In this document: positions 30,701 to 40,168 of the stretch, piece by piece | How positions within the stretch are numbered: position 1 is the first letter of the stretch | How the letters are laid out: the number at the start of each line of letters is the position of its first letter | Source of the DNA: Promethearchaeota archaeon | Lineage (GTDB): Archaea; Asgardarchaeota; Lokiarchaeia; Sigyniarchaeales; SOKP01 | Length of the DNA stretch: 46,931 bases | Assembly (NCBI GenBank): GCA_019894975.1 | Contig: JAGXNO010000029.1 | Location: 1-46,931, forward strand | Direction of reading: 5' to 3' | The notes under the pieces: generated by a model | Seen by the model: the letters and a program-made list of their open reading frames with translations, nothing else | Database searches by the model: none | What the model was told of the DNA's origin: nothing | Program-made: the position numbers and the translations under genes

Positions 30701-31087
30701 ATTGAAGGTTTAAAAGGTACATTCAACTTGAATGCAAATGAGCTTATCCAAGATGTTTTTGAAAATATTTTAATTAATAGCATAAAATATAATGAAAATT
30801 CCAAAATAGAAATCACAGTAAGAGTCTCAAAGCTAAAAATCGATAAAAAAAATCATTTCAAATTTGAATTCATTGATAATGGAATAGGAGTACCAGACAA
30901 CAGAAAAGAAGCTATATTCCTGAGTGGAAACAGAGAACTTAAAGGCTCTAAAGGAATGGGATTAGGTCTTTCATTAGTAAGTAAGATAATGCAAGTATTT
31001 AATGGCAAAATTTGGGTTGAAGATACGGTTAAAGGAGATTATACACAAGGGAGCAATTTCGTTCTCTTATTGCCTGGAGCAAAATAA
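27785..31087 (+). CDS. Soluble multi-PAS (about 7) sensor histidine kinase
   Basis: Repeated ESEEKYR...DITExKKAE PAS/PAC units, H-box SHDINNILQ, N-box ENILINSIKYN, DNGIG, GMGLGL; no TM. Confidence 0.93.
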   Translation: MDPIEKKLKESEEKYRTLTEQSFLGIAILQDDIIQYVNKQLGYTVGYTVEEIMAWEKGGFLNFIYPEDRKFIAKQARKKQLGESDVIDQYQFRGIRKNGDMIWLEVFSKTITYKGKPADFVTIHDITDKKIAEKKINESEEKYRSLFENMNFGFAYHKIIVNEKNKPIDYEYIEVNPAFEKLTGLNAKDMIGRKVTEILPGTENDPADWIGKFGSVALTGVPLIVEDYSEALDRWYKVAGYSPEKGYFVVTFTEITEQKKAEIKIAESEEKYRSLFNNSPFAIILFTGEGTILDCNDATEFVTGYSKQDLIGNNFRDFNFYVDIKDAGIEKRESKVKNGKKPGVREIMLFKKDGSQFYARSQIELIKLKEETCIQAIIHDITEQKKVEKQISDLAKFPSENPNPVLRVNKENIIYINKAGRILFDLTEGDKSPQVLGEIIINAFDENRTKIWEGEIEDEYYSFTITPIIQEGYVNIYGRNITERKKSEIALNLEKVFVDDILNSSMDTIFVFDPASGKAIRWNKVFNDVTGYSNEEISSLKAPYSYYSEEDLKLASEATKNIMKDGKSIVEMSLITKNGRKISYEYTGTVLEDSEGNVLIVSVGRDLTERKEAEKEIQYQASLVENVNDAILSLDLDFKIQSWNKAAEKIYGWEEKEVIDKYLNEIVPIDFPNEDNEKVVKQFFEDGFWRGEGIQYHKDGTRLNILSSSTFLTDDDGKRTGIVTINHDNTEYKKAEEKLRESEAKFRGIFETIPDIFFLMSNDGTILDYKGTIEELYVPPEEFLGKKIFEVLPKSISELSLTMLNKTIKTHEPQTIEYNLDIQGEIHFYEARHLYFPEDRVLVFIRDITERRKAEEKLLISEKKYREAFDRANFYKDLFSHDINNILQVVNSSAELIAYQLGDSEKSQDIANIAEIIKKQVERGSKLVNNVRTLSRLDEEEIPIKTIDISGFLENSINFVGKAYEERNVKITIEGLKGTFNLNANELIQDVFENILINSIKYNENSKIEITVRVSKLKIDKKNHFKFEFIDNGIGVPDNRKEAIFLSGNRELKGSKGMGLGLSLVSKIMQVFNGKIWVEDTVKGDYTQGSNFVLLLPGAK

Positions 31088-31092
31088 TATAA

Positions 31093-31686
31093 TCATTTAA
31101 CCATGGGAGATTTATTCTGTTCTAACCATTCATCTTTAAAAATGGCAAATTGATGCATATCTACATAAACTCCGTCTACAAAAAGATCCTCTCTTGCTAC
31201 GAGCTCTTTTTTAAAGCCCAGTTTTTCAGCTGCTCGAAGTGATCTTTTATTTGGATTAAAAACTCCCGCACAAATCTTATGGAAGTTCAACTCATTAAAC
31301 CCATATTTTATAAGTAGCTTCGCAGCTTCACCAACTATGCCTTTTCCCCAATATTCCGGTTCTCCAATCGTTGCTGAAACATTAGCGTTTTTATTTATCC
31401 AATTGATCCAAAAGAATCCAATACTCCCTATTGGTCGCTTGTCTTCTTTATGATAAATAGTAAAGAATATTGCCTCCCTCATTCCACGTCCTGAAGGTGG
31501 TTCAAACCATCTTTTTATTTGCTCAGGAGTAGTGGGCATAACCCAGCGGGCATAATGACGAACTCTGGGATCATTATTCCATCTACAAATTAAATTAATC
31601 CACTTAGAACTTTGAGCAATAAGATCAATTCTCTCTCCCTCAATAAACGGGAAAATTCCGTTTTCTTTTTCTTCTTTATCAGTCAA
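31093..31686 (-). CDS. GNAT acetyltransferase, RimJ/RimL family
   Basis: YWGKGIVGEA, FNELNFHKI, NKRSLRAAEKLGF. Confidence 0.9.
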   Translation of the reverse strand: MTDKEEKENGIFPFIEGERIDLIAQSSKWINLICRWNNDPRVRHYARWVMPTTPEQIKRWFEPPSGRGMREAIFFTIYHKEDKRPIGSIGFFWINWINKNANVSATIGEPEYWGKGIVGEAAKLLIKYGFNELNFHKICAGVFNPNKRSLRAAEKLGFKKELVAREDLFVDGVYVDMHQFAIFKDEWLEQNKSPMVK

Positions 31687-32288
31687 TCATTATCACCTAC
31701 TATATTCTCCTTATTACGTTCCAACCACTCTTTCCTAAGAATTGAAAATCTATGATTATCGACATACATCCCATCCACATATAGATGTTCCCTTAATACC
31801 CCCTCTTTCTTAAAACCTAGTTTTTCAGCAGCTCTTAGAGACCTTTCGTTAGGGTTATATACAGATGCATGAACCTTATGTAGATTCAATTCCGTAAACG
31901 CATAATCTATCATTAATTTTGACGCTTCACCTACTATACCTTTGCCCCAATATTCAGGTTCCCCTATTTCTGCAAAAATATTAGCGTTACGATTTACCCA
32001 ATTGATATGGTTTAACCCAATATCACCAATAGGACGTTTATCAAGCTTATGATAAATTACAAATACGATAAAGTCTCTTACACCATGCTCAGGGGGACTT
32101 TCAAACCATTTTTTTACATCTTCCAACGCGATTGGAAATTCATGTCTCGCATATTGACGTACTCTAGGATCGTTATGCCACCTCGCGTATATCTCCACCC
32201 ATTTCGAAAGTTGAGCAACTAAATCTATTCTTTCTCCATGAATGAACGGAAAAACTTCATTTTCTTCTTCTTTTTCTTCTTTCAACAT
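31683..32288 (-). CDS. GNAT acetyltransferase, RimJ/RimL family
   Basis: YWGKGIVGEA, FTELNLHKV, NERSLRAAEKLGFKKEG. Confidence 0.9.
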   Translation of the reverse strand: MLKEEKEEENEVFPFIHGERIDLVAQLSKWVEIYARWHNDPRVRQYARHEFPIALEDVKKWFESPPEHGVRDFIVFVIYHKLDKRPIGDIGLNHINWVNRNANIFAEIGEPEYWGKGIVGEASKLMIDYAFTELNLHKVHASVYNPNERSLRAAEKLGFKKEGVLREHLYVDGMYVDNHRFSILRKEWLERNKENIVGDND

Positions 32289-32320
32289 CTAATACCACTT
32301 CTTTTTCATATTAAATTTAA

Positions 32321-32908
32321 TTAATTCTTATTATTCTTTCTTTTTAACCAATCTTCCTTTAATAAGCAAAAGGTCTTATTATCAAGATATTTACCATCAA
32401 CATACATTTCTTCTCTTTCAATTCCCTCTAAAACAAACCCAAGTTTTTCAGCAACTGACCATGAACCGATGTTCTCAATAGCAACGCCCCCATGTAGTTT
32501 ATTCAGATTTAATTCATTGAAGGCATAATCAATCAATAATTTTGTAGCCTCTGTAGCGACATTTTTGCCCCAATAATCCTTTTCCCCGATCCAAATATAT
32601 GCATTTGCCCATCCATTTACCCAATCTATCCATCCTAATCCTATCCTTCCGATAGGTTTTTTATCTTTTTTATGCCATATTTCAAAAGAGATATGTTCCT
32701 TAAATTTTTCTCCTCCTGACTCAAATCGCTTCTTTTGTTCATCAAGAGTTCGAGGAATTACATTTCTGGCATACCTTCTCACAATGGGATCATTCTTCCA
32801 TTTAGCGTATAATTCTGCGTGTTTGGAGTTCGGTGCACAAAGTTCCAAATTCTCTCCTTGAATAAATGGAAAGTGGTTAGTTTGTCCTTCATTATTAATG
32901 TCTTGCAT
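32321..32908 (-). CDS. GNAT acetyltransferase, RimJ/RimL family
   Basis: YWGKNVATEA, FNELNLNKL, NIGSWSVAEKLGFVLEG. Confidence 0.9.
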   Translation of the reverse strand: MQDINNEGQTNHFPFIQGENLELCAPNSKHAELYAKWKNDPIVRRYARNVIPRTLDEQKKRFESGGEKFKEHISFEIWHKKDKKPIGRIGLGWIDWVNGWANAYIWIGEKDYWGKNVATEATKLLIDYAFNELNLNKLHGGVAIENIGSWSVAEKLGFVLEGIEREEMYVDGKYLDNKTFCLLKEDWLKRKNNKN

Positions 32909-32916
32909 TCAAGTCA

Positions 32917-33489
32917 TTACTCCTCACTTTTTATAGCTTGCCATTCCTTTCTAAGAATTGAATATTTTAAAGCATCTACATGCTCCCCATCAATATAGAT
33001 CTCTTTTTTTAGCGTTAATTCATGCTTAAAATCATTCTTTTCAACTACCCTTACTGAGGACTGATTCGGTGCGAAAATACCTGCATTTATTTTGTGTAAG
33101 TTTAATTCATTAAATCCATATTCTACTACTAGCCTTGCGGCTTCTGTAGCGTGGCCTTTCCCCCAATAATCTTTTTCACCGATTAAGTAAAATAGAAAGG
33201 CACTTCTATCAAACCATCGAATTCGAATAAGTCCGGTATATCCAATAGGTTTTTCATCATCTCTATGCCATATTTCAAAGAAAATTTCAGAAGATACTCT
33301 TTCTTGCTTAGGTTCAAACATTTTTTTTACTTCTTCAACGTTTTGAGGGAATTCATACCGGGCATACTTTCTGATTTGAGGGGAATTCATCCATTTAGTA
33401 TATAAATTAATATGCTCTGTGTTAGGGGGACATAGATTAATAATGGTTCCCTCTAAGAATGGAACACCTTTCGTTTTAGTCTCTACCAT
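32917..33489 (-). CDS. GNAT acetyltransferase, RimJ/RimL family
   Basis: YWGKGHATEA, FNELNLHKI, NQSSVRVVEK. Confidence 0.9.
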   Translation of the reverse strand: MVETKTKGVPFLEGTIINLCPPNTEHINLYTKWMNSPQIRKYARYEFPQNVEEVKKMFEPKQERVSSEIFFEIWHRDDEKPIGYTGLIRIRWFDRSAFLFYLIGEKDYWGKGHATEAARLVVEYGFNELNLHKINAGIFAPNQSSVRVVEKNDFKHELTLKKEIYIDGEHVDALKYSILRKEWQAIKSEE

Positions 33490-33597
33490 GTTAAATTTTC
33501 TTTTCTCTTTCTATCAGTAATCTATTTAATATCCTGTCTCTTAAATCTTTGCTGGTTTATATAATATATTTTTAGAGAAAAAAGATACTACCTAAAA

Positions 33598-34419
33598 TTA
33601 CCGGTTTTTAGGAAACCATTCTTTAGCAAAATCGACAATTTTTCGTTGAGAGATTAATCTGGTTTCCCCTATACCTATTTTACCTGGAATATAATTAATT
33701 TCTGACTCATAATCAATTCCTAGTTGTTCGAAATCATCACTATTATGATCCAGATCTTCATATTCTACCCAACTTCTTTTATTTTTTATGATCATTGCAG
33801 ATCCACTCTTAACATAATTTTTACCTGGGAACTCAGATCGATATTCTGCAAGATGCAAGGATGTATTATTATAATGATTGACACCTAACAACAAGATTTT
33901 TCCATCCAAATCATAAATGCGAGCAAGAGGAGAATCTTCTCCTAAACCTGATGTCAATTTATGATTAGCAGTAACTTTTTTTGCGTATTTACCCCAAGCT
34001 GCAAATGATAAAGAAGGATGAGCGCTTCTTAAAACATTAGGCCAATTTCTAAAGGTATCAGTTATTCTACCCATTTCTCGTGTAGGAGTTATTTCGGGTT
34101 GATACGCAGGCATTTGAGTTTTAATAATATCCCACCATTCTTCAGGTACGGGAGGATTTTCCCAATAAGTTGGATCTGAATTATCAGAAGAAAAAGTAGG
34201 CATTATCAGTGTACCATTTGTAGTGAGAATTTCCAATAAAGCCTGTATTACAGAAACAGGACCCCCAACAGTCCAACCTATTTCACTTAAAGAACTATGC
34301 ATTATAACAACTGATCCCGTTGTAATACCAAGTGTTTTAAAATCGTGTTTTAAAGAGGTTATAGTATTAGGAGTCTTTGTCTTTTTCACAATTTCTCCTT
34401 CAGACTTCTTTGCTTTCAT
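33598..34419 (-). CDS. AAC(3)/YokD-family N-acetyltransferase
   Basis: MHSSLSEIGW, LIMPTF, RSAHPSLSFAAWG, SPLARIY, NTSLHLAEY. Confidence 0.92.
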   Translation of the reverse strand: MKAKKSEGEIVKKTKTPNTITSLKHDFKTLGITTGSVVIMHSSLSEIGWTVGGPVSVIQALLEILTTNGTLIMPTFSSDNSDPTYWENPPVPEEWWDIIKTQMPAYQPEITPTREMGRITDTFRNWPNVLRSAHPSLSFAAWGKYAKKVTANHKLTSGLGEDSPLARIYDLDGKILLLGVNHYNNTSLHLAEYRSEFPGKNYVKSGSAMIIKNKRSWVEYEDLDHNSDDFEQLGIDYESEINYIPGKIGIGETRLISQRKIVDFAKEWFPKNR

Positions 34420-34542
34420 AAACCAAAATAACCCTTAAGAAATAATAAAACTTTTGAATAAATCTATTCTTTAAGTCATAAAAGTTATAATATTTAGTTG
34501 ATCATTGAGAGAATTGTTGTTTGTGAGGTTGATTGACTACAA

Positions 34543-35574
34543 GTGAATTTACTTAAATATTCATTAAGACGGATTCTTGTCATGATTCCTGTGTTATTTG
34601 GTGTTTTGACTGTTACCTTTATTCTCTCGAGATCGATACCTGGAGATCCTGTCCTTGCATTAATACAGGCTCGTGGATTGCGGAATTTTCCTATAGAAGT
34701 TTATAATCAGACAGTAAGTCAACTCGGACTTGATGATCCAATAGTAGTACAATATTTTAGATTTTTAGAGGAACTGTTTACAGGAAATTGGGGTGTTTCT
34801 ATTTCTATTGATAGAAATGAGCCAGTTTGGGATCTAATTATGCAAAGACTACCACGAACAATAGATCTAACCTTATTCTCATTATTTATAGGTGCATATT
34901 TAGGTATTAAGCTAGGAATCAAAGCAGCAACTCATAGAAGAGAAACCCCAGATACAATAGTAAGAGGATTAGCTATTTTAGGAGTATCTATTCCAATCTT
35001 CTTCTTAGGCATGACACTTCAATATTTATTCGGTGTCTTATTTCCCATATTCGATCCCGTTGGACATTCAAGTGCGATCTATAACGATCCCCCATTAGTG
35101 ACCGGTTTCTATATAATAGATGCATTAATAGCAGGAGAATGGTATAAAATTGGAGATTATATCTGGCATATGGTTTTACCCGTATTTTGTCTATCGTTTG
35201 TCATGTTTTCGTCGATATCAAGACATACACGTTCGAGTATGTTAGAAGAATTAAATAGAGATTATGTCAGAACAGCTAGAGCAAAAGGATGCAAAGAAAA
35301 AGACGTAATTAAGGGGCATGCCTTACAAAATGCTTTGATTCCCACAATAACAATAGCCGGGTTCAACTTTGCTAGTGCTTTAGCAGGTTCTTTTTTCATT
35401 GAAGTAACTTTTGGGATAGTTGGGATAGGACAATTATTCATTGATGCAATATTTCTCACAGATTATTGGGTATTAACTGCATTGGTCTTTCTAATAACAA
35501 TTATTTTCATCTTAGTGAATTTGATAACTGATATTATTTATGCTCGAATAGATCCCAGGATAATGTATACTTAA
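34543..35574 (+). CDS. Dipeptide/oligopeptide ABC permease (DppB/OppB-like), orphan
   Basis: PGDP, GLDDP..QY, EAA-loop DYVRTARAKG, NLITDIIYARIDPRI. Confidence 0.92.
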   Translation: MNLLKYSLRRILVMIPVLFGVLTVTFILSRSIPGDPVLALIQARGLRNFPIEVYNQTVSQLGLDDPIVVQYFRFLEELFTGNWGVSISIDRNEPVWDLIMQRLPRTIDLTLFSLFIGAYLGIKLGIKAATHRRETPDTIVRGLAILGVSIPIFFLGMTLQYLFGVLFPIFDPVGHSSAIYNDPPLVTGFYIIDALIAGEWYKIGDYIWHMVLPVFCLSFVMFSSISRHTRSSMLEELNRDYVRTARAKGCKEKDVIKGHALQNALIPTITIAGFNFASALAGSFFIEVTFGIVGIGQLFIDAIFLTDYWVLTALVFLITIIFILVNLITDIIYARIDPRIMYT

Positions 35575-35641
35575 TCATTAAAGAATTAGTATTTTAGAAA
35601 AAAAGAAAAAATTTGTATTTTTTTAGAACAATTTTAATAAT

Positions 35642-35854
35642 TTAGATTATTGTCATTGCCAGGTCCATATCGTTAAGAGTTAATTTCTTTCGACCAGCGT
35701 GTCGGGTCATTTCAAGTGCTTTATTTGTCATACCCTTAGCTAACTTTTCTAAATAGTCAATTAGGGCATCAACAGCATCTCGAGCAACCATTTCAGCACC
35801 ATTATCTTTCATTAACTTTCGAACTGGACTCCAAGCAAAAACTTTCTTTGCCAT
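35642..35854 (-). CDS. Archaeal histone-fold protein (HMf-like, no tail)
   Basis: SPVRKLMK..GAEMVARDA...HAGRKKL...D..LA; GGAGG SD. Confidence 0.93.
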   Translation of the reverse strand: MAKKVFAWSPVRKLMKDNGAEMVARDAVDALIDYLEKLAKGMTNKALEMTRHAGRKKLTLNDMDLAMTII

Positions 35855-36156
35855 TTTTTATTCCTCCACTTTTTAATTTTTAATATTTGTGTTAGTTTTT
35901 TTTTACTAAAAACTTCTTTAAGTTATAATACTTATTTCAAATATATAAGGATTACGGTAGATTTTCGATACTATATGTTTCGGTTAATAATTTCATCCGA
36001 TCGATAAAATAGCGATGTCCTAAAAGAACCTCGGAGGATATAGTTCTGAGCTCACAGATCCAAGATTTTTTTTAATTATTAATTATAGAGTGGACAAAAA
36101 TATTTGTAATGAGGAATTATCCCAAATCTATAAAAAATTAAGAAAAAATAATGAAA

Positions 36157-36723
36157 TTATAATTCTTTGCGCATTACATAGAGACCCTTCAGTTCTTTAT
36201 GAATTTTAAATCCTTCTGATTCATACAAAGCAACAGGTCCACGATAACTATGTGCATCTGATAATTCTCCTACCCTTGGGTATGATTCAATAATATCATA
36301 TCCCTCATTAGTATAATGTGAAATTGCATATTTTAACAGCTTTCGAGCGATTCCTTGCTTTCTATAGGCATGACCGATTAAAAAACATACAATACCCGCA
36401 ATCTTCTTTCCTGAATCTGAAGAATCATACTTATATAGTTCTTTAGCGAAATTATCTCTTAAATTTATATTACACCATCCTATGGGCTGATTTTCAGAAT
36501 AAGCTAGAAGACCATGCATTATACCAGAAAGAATTAAATTGATAGAATGACTTTTGTTAGCTTCTTTCGTTTGTTTTCCCCACTTTTTATTACTTCCAGC
36601 AAAGTGATAATAATGGCAGTAACATCCAGACCATTCAGGATTGTCAGCAAAAGCGACATTTTCAAAGTAGAAAAGCCAATCGTCAAGTAAGTCCGAACTT
36701 AAGGGTTTGATGGTAATTTGCAT
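36157..36723 (-). CDS. GNAT acetyltransferase with CxC motif
   Basis: WSGCYCHYYH, PIGWCN, YRKQGIARKLL, LYESEGF. Confidence 0.88.
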   Translation of the reverse strand: MQITIKPLSSDLLDDWLFYFENVAFADNPEWSGCYCHYYHFAGSNKKWGKQTKEANKSHSINLILSGIMHGLLAYSENQPIGWCNINLRDNFAKELYKYDSSDSGKKIAGIVCFLIGHAYRKQGIARKLLKYAISHYTNEGYDIIESYPRVGELSDAHSYRGPVALYESEGFKIHKELKGLYVMRKEL

Positions 36724-36812
36724 TTATGGTTCCTCTTTCCTTTTTGATTATTTTATAGTAAATAGAATTGGAATTTGAATTCTAAGATAAGAAATGTTAT
36801 TTATTTAATTAT

Positions 36813-37304
36813 TTAAGGATTTAGTTGAGCATCTATTTTGTTTTTTTTAGCACTTAAAAGGAGAGCAGGAATTATACAGAAGTACATGAGTATAAGGAGC
36901 AAAACTAGAAATCCGTTGTTAGCCAATTCCCCTAGACCGGGGGTATGATCATACATTTTATAATATCCCATAAGTCCAACAATTAACCAAAACATAATAG
37001 GTATACCGATTATATATAAAACAATTGCATAATAGCGAGGATTCTTTCCCCTTTTATTAATATTTCTTACACTTAAACTTAATTTTTCTTTTACTAACGT
37101 GGAATAGATGAAAGGAAAAAACAAAATAGTGGATACGATATAAATTAAAAAGAAGGAACCAGCATCTGACACTTCTTCAAAGTAACTATATATAGATTGA
37201 TTTAAATCAAAACTAATAAACACTAGAGGCAGAATAAAACCTATAAGTGAAATATAAAATATGGCAAATATCAACAAAATGATTTTTTTTTTATACAGCA
37301 TCAT
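36813..37304 (-). CDS. Four-TM membrane protein, unknown function
   Basis: Four hydrophobic segments. Confidence 0.7.
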   Translation of the reverse strand: MMLYKKKIILLIFAIFYISLIGFILPLVFISFDLNQSIYSYFEEVSDAGSFFLIYIVSTILFFPFIYSTLVKEKLSLSVRNINKRGKNPRYYAIVLYIIGIPIMFWLIVGLMGYYKMYDHTPGLGELANNGFLVLLLILMYFCIIPALLLSAKKNKIDAQLNP

Positions 37305-37435
37305 TTATATGAAAATATTGATCCTTTATTTTCCTTTTTATTCCGAAAATCTGTTAACTTCTAGGAGAAAATAAGTTTTTAAAAATCATCAGAAATTACT
37401 TCAATTATTAATAAAATTGAATTTTTCTGGTATGG

Positions 37436-38512
37436 TTGATCTTTTTGAAGAAACGTATTGCATACTGTGGTGGAGATGGAGTTGGCCCAGAGGTTGTGGC
37501 AGAAGGTCTTAAAACACTTAAGGTTATATCTGATTATTCAGATTTTGATTTTGAATTTAAAGAAGCACCGGCTGGAGGAAATGTGTATAAAAAATTTGGG
37601 AAAAGTCTCCCTGATCAATCATTGGAGATTATTAAACATTCTGATGCTCTTTTGTTTGGAGCCGCAGGATTGCCAGATCTTCCTCCGGGGGTTGGTGAAG
37701 TTGCAGTATTAGAGATTAGGCAAGGTCTAGATTTATTTGTTAATTTAAGACCAGTTAAACTATATGAATCGTTGAGGGATAGATGTCCTTTGAAAAATGA
37801 ATTTATCGGAGAGGGAATTGATATAACATTTGTGAGAGAAAACACAGAAGGTCTTTATGCGAAGAAAGGCGCTGTTTTAAAGGATGATATTGCTGAGAAT
37901 TTAATGGTTGTTACTAGAAATGGATGTGAAAGAATTATTAGTTATGCTTTTGAGTATGCAAAACGAATGGACCACTCAAAGGTAACCTCAGTAGATAAAG
38001 CAAATGTATTAAGTCCAAGCATGCTGTGGAGAAAGATTTTCCATGAGATTGGTGACAAACATCCTGATATTGAAAAAGAGGACATTTATATAGACGCTTT
38101 TTGTCAATGGCTTATCAGGAAACCAGATTCTTTTCAAACTGTTGTAACGGGGAATATGTTTGGTGATATAATAAGCGATGAAGGTGCATTTCTAATAGGA
38201 AGTCTAGGAATGGCTGCTAGCGGTAATATAAATCCGGGGAAAGTATCAATGTATGAGCCAATTCATGGTTCCGCCCCAGATATCGCAGGAAAAGGAATTG
38301 CAAATCCTATCGGAGCAATATTAAGTGTTAAATTGATGATGCAAGAATCATTCCAATCTCCTGATATTGCTCAATTAATTGAAGATTCTGTAGAAGAAGC
38401 TCTAAATGAAGGACGAACCATTGATTTAAAGAATCCCCAAATAAAAACACTTACCACAATTGAAATGGGAAATTTAATAGTAGAAAAGTTAAAAATGAGC
38501 TTAAAAAGGTAA
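37436..38512 (+). CDS. leuB: 3-isopropylmalate dehydrogenase (isocitrate/isopropylmalate family)
   Basis: GDGVGPEV, LFVNLRP, VRENTEGLY, SVDKANV, NMFGDIISD, EPIHGSAPDIAGKGIANP. Confidence 0.8.
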   Translation: MIFLKKRIAYCGGDGVGPEVVAEGLKTLKVISDYSDFDFEFKEAPAGGNVYKKFGKSLPDQSLEIIKHSDALLFGAAGLPDLPPGVGEVAVLEIRQGLDLFVNLRPVKLYESLRDRCPLKNEFIGEGIDITFVRENTEGLYAKKGAVLKDDIAENLMVVTRNGCERIISYAFEYAKRMDHSKVTSVDKANVLSPSMLWRKIFHEIGDKHPDIEKEDIYIDAFCQWLIRKPDSFQTVVTGNMFGDIISDEGAFLIGSLGMAASGNINPGKVSMYEPIHGSAPDIAGKGIANPIGAILSVKLMMQESFQSPDIAQLIEDSVEEALNEGRTIDLKNPQIKTLTTIEMGNLIVEKLKMSLKR

Positions 38513-38523
38513 TATTTCCAATA

Positions 38524-40083
38524 CTAATACTTATCATCAATACTAGAAAACATTGCTCTCAGTTGGTCAAAAATATCAATTTGAAAATCTTCCCCAATCC
38601 TAAAAAAAAGAAGCTCAATAGGCTTTTGATTAAGCTGTTCATCAACATTTAATTCACCTATTATGTCAGACCAGCTACTGCGCTCCAAAGCCCTAATGCC
38701 AATTAATACAACACCTTTATCTTTAACATTTTTGATAATTCTAATTATCATGTCCTTCCACTGAGGATCAACATGGTCCTTACCTATTGCATCAAAAATA
38801 CAAAATACTCCATCAGAGCTGGAGACATCATCAATTGCAGAATAAAGGTGTTGTTTTAGTATCAAACCGTTTGGATACTGAAAAACTTGTTCATCCTCAT
38901 AATCTCTTACTGAAGAACTCTCACCTAATGATTTTATTTTAGTCACCATTTGGAGACCTGGACTCCATATTGTACTCTCTGTAATAAACGATACAGTTAA
39001 TACAATCTTTTTGCGGATAATTGAAGCCATTATTTCATACAGGATATTATGGCGTCGTTCGTCTTCAATTTCTTTACTCTTCATTACGTAGTGGTATGAA
39101 ATCAAATTGAATGCATCCTCCACGTTTTCACCAGTCAAAGCACTAGTTTCTATGTATGATAATTTTATCTTTTCTTCTTCAGATAACTCATTTGCTAATT
39201 GTACCCCTTCTTTATAAGCAACTTGTCTTTCGGTACTTAAATCTGATTTGTTTCCAACTATTATAATAGGAATTTCCTCATCACTAGTGAAATCCTTTAA
39301 TTCTTTATACCAACTTTTAATATTATTGAACGATTCTCTATTTGTTAAATCGAAAACTGTGAAAGCGGCTTGAGCTCCTGTATAATAACCCTTTCGAAAG
39401 CGGCGGAAATAATTCTGAGCTCCCAAATCATATAAAGTGACTCCAATCTCATTTCCAAAGAATTCAAAAGTGTGTGTTAATACATTGAGTCCAATCGTTG
39501 CTCGATAATCGTCCGTAAATTTATTTTCAACGAACCTACGATTAATAGAGGTTTTCCCAACCTCATGATCTCCCAAAATTACAAATTTAAACCGATATTC
39601 CCCTCGCGTTCCTAGCTTCATTTGGTATAATTGATTTTTTAATCTTTGCACATTTTCGGCTTCATATTCAAAATTTGGTACCGAAATTTGAATTATATCA
39701 CCTTCTTCAGCTGTTAATATTTGAGCTGTTTTCTCAGCTAAAAATAAGCCGTAAGGTGATAGCTTCTCAATTGAGGCCATATTATTTAAAACTAAGCTTA
39801 ATATTCGTTCCTCATCAACAGATATAAACAATAGACGATGATTTTCAGTATCAAAACTTGCATTTCCAAATCGCTTGAAGGAGAATTCGTTACGCATACG
39901 TTGTAAAACAGGATTTACAATAGAAGTTAAAACAGAAACCAATTCAATGTCAACATCTTTTCTTTTTTCACCAGCTATAATAAGACCTTCACTATCGGAT
40001 ACAATAACCGCTTCAACTTCTGTATTTAACTCTAGAAATTTATTAAAGAAGTCAACAAATAATTTATTTTTACGTAATACCAA
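38524..40083 (-). CDS. Roadblock domain + Rab-like GTPase + degenerate C-terminal G-domain-like region
   Basis: VEAVIVSDSEGLIIA roadblock; GDHEVGKTS, DYRATIG, YDLGAQ, GNKSD, ETSA; C-terminal SDGVFCIFD...VVLIGIR. Confidence 0.85.
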   Translation of the reverse strand: MVLRKNKLFVDFFNKFLELNTEVEAVIVSDSEGLIIAGEKRKDVDIELVSVLTSIVNPVLQRMRNEFSFKRFGNASFDTENHRLLFISVDEERILSLVLNNMASIEKLSPYGLFLAEKTAQILTAEEGDIIQISVPNFEYEAENVQRLKNQLYQMKLGTRGEYRFKFVILGDHEVGKTSINRRFVENKFTDDYRATIGLNVLTHTFEFFGNEIGVTLYDLGAQNYFRRFRKGYYTGAQAAFTVFDLTNRESFNNIKSWYKELKDFTSDEEIPIIIVGNKSDLSTERQVAYKEGVQLANELSEEEKIKLSYIETSALTGENVEDAFNLISYHYVMKSKEIEDERRHNILYEIMASIIRKKIVLTVSFITESTIWSPGLQMVTKIKSLGESSSVRDYEDEQVFQYPNGLILKQHLYSAIDDVSSSDGVFCIFDAIGKDHVDPQWKDMIIRIIKNVKDKGVVLIGIRALERSSWSDIIGELNVDEQLNQKPIELLFFRIGEDFQIDIFDQLRAMFSSIDDKY

Positions 40084-40168
40084 GGATACTCCCCTGTTTC
40101 TTATTACATATATGATAAAAATGCTACTTATTAATTTTTTTTATTTTACACTTATATTTTAATTTATA

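Noticed and set aside
33598-34419. Acquired aminoglycoside-resistance cassette
   Set aside because: Host-like composition, no integron or IS context, and YokD-type homologues are commonly chromosomal
35940-36070. Possible structured ncRNA upstream of the histone gene
   Set aside because: Only short weak hairpins; no recognisable family motif
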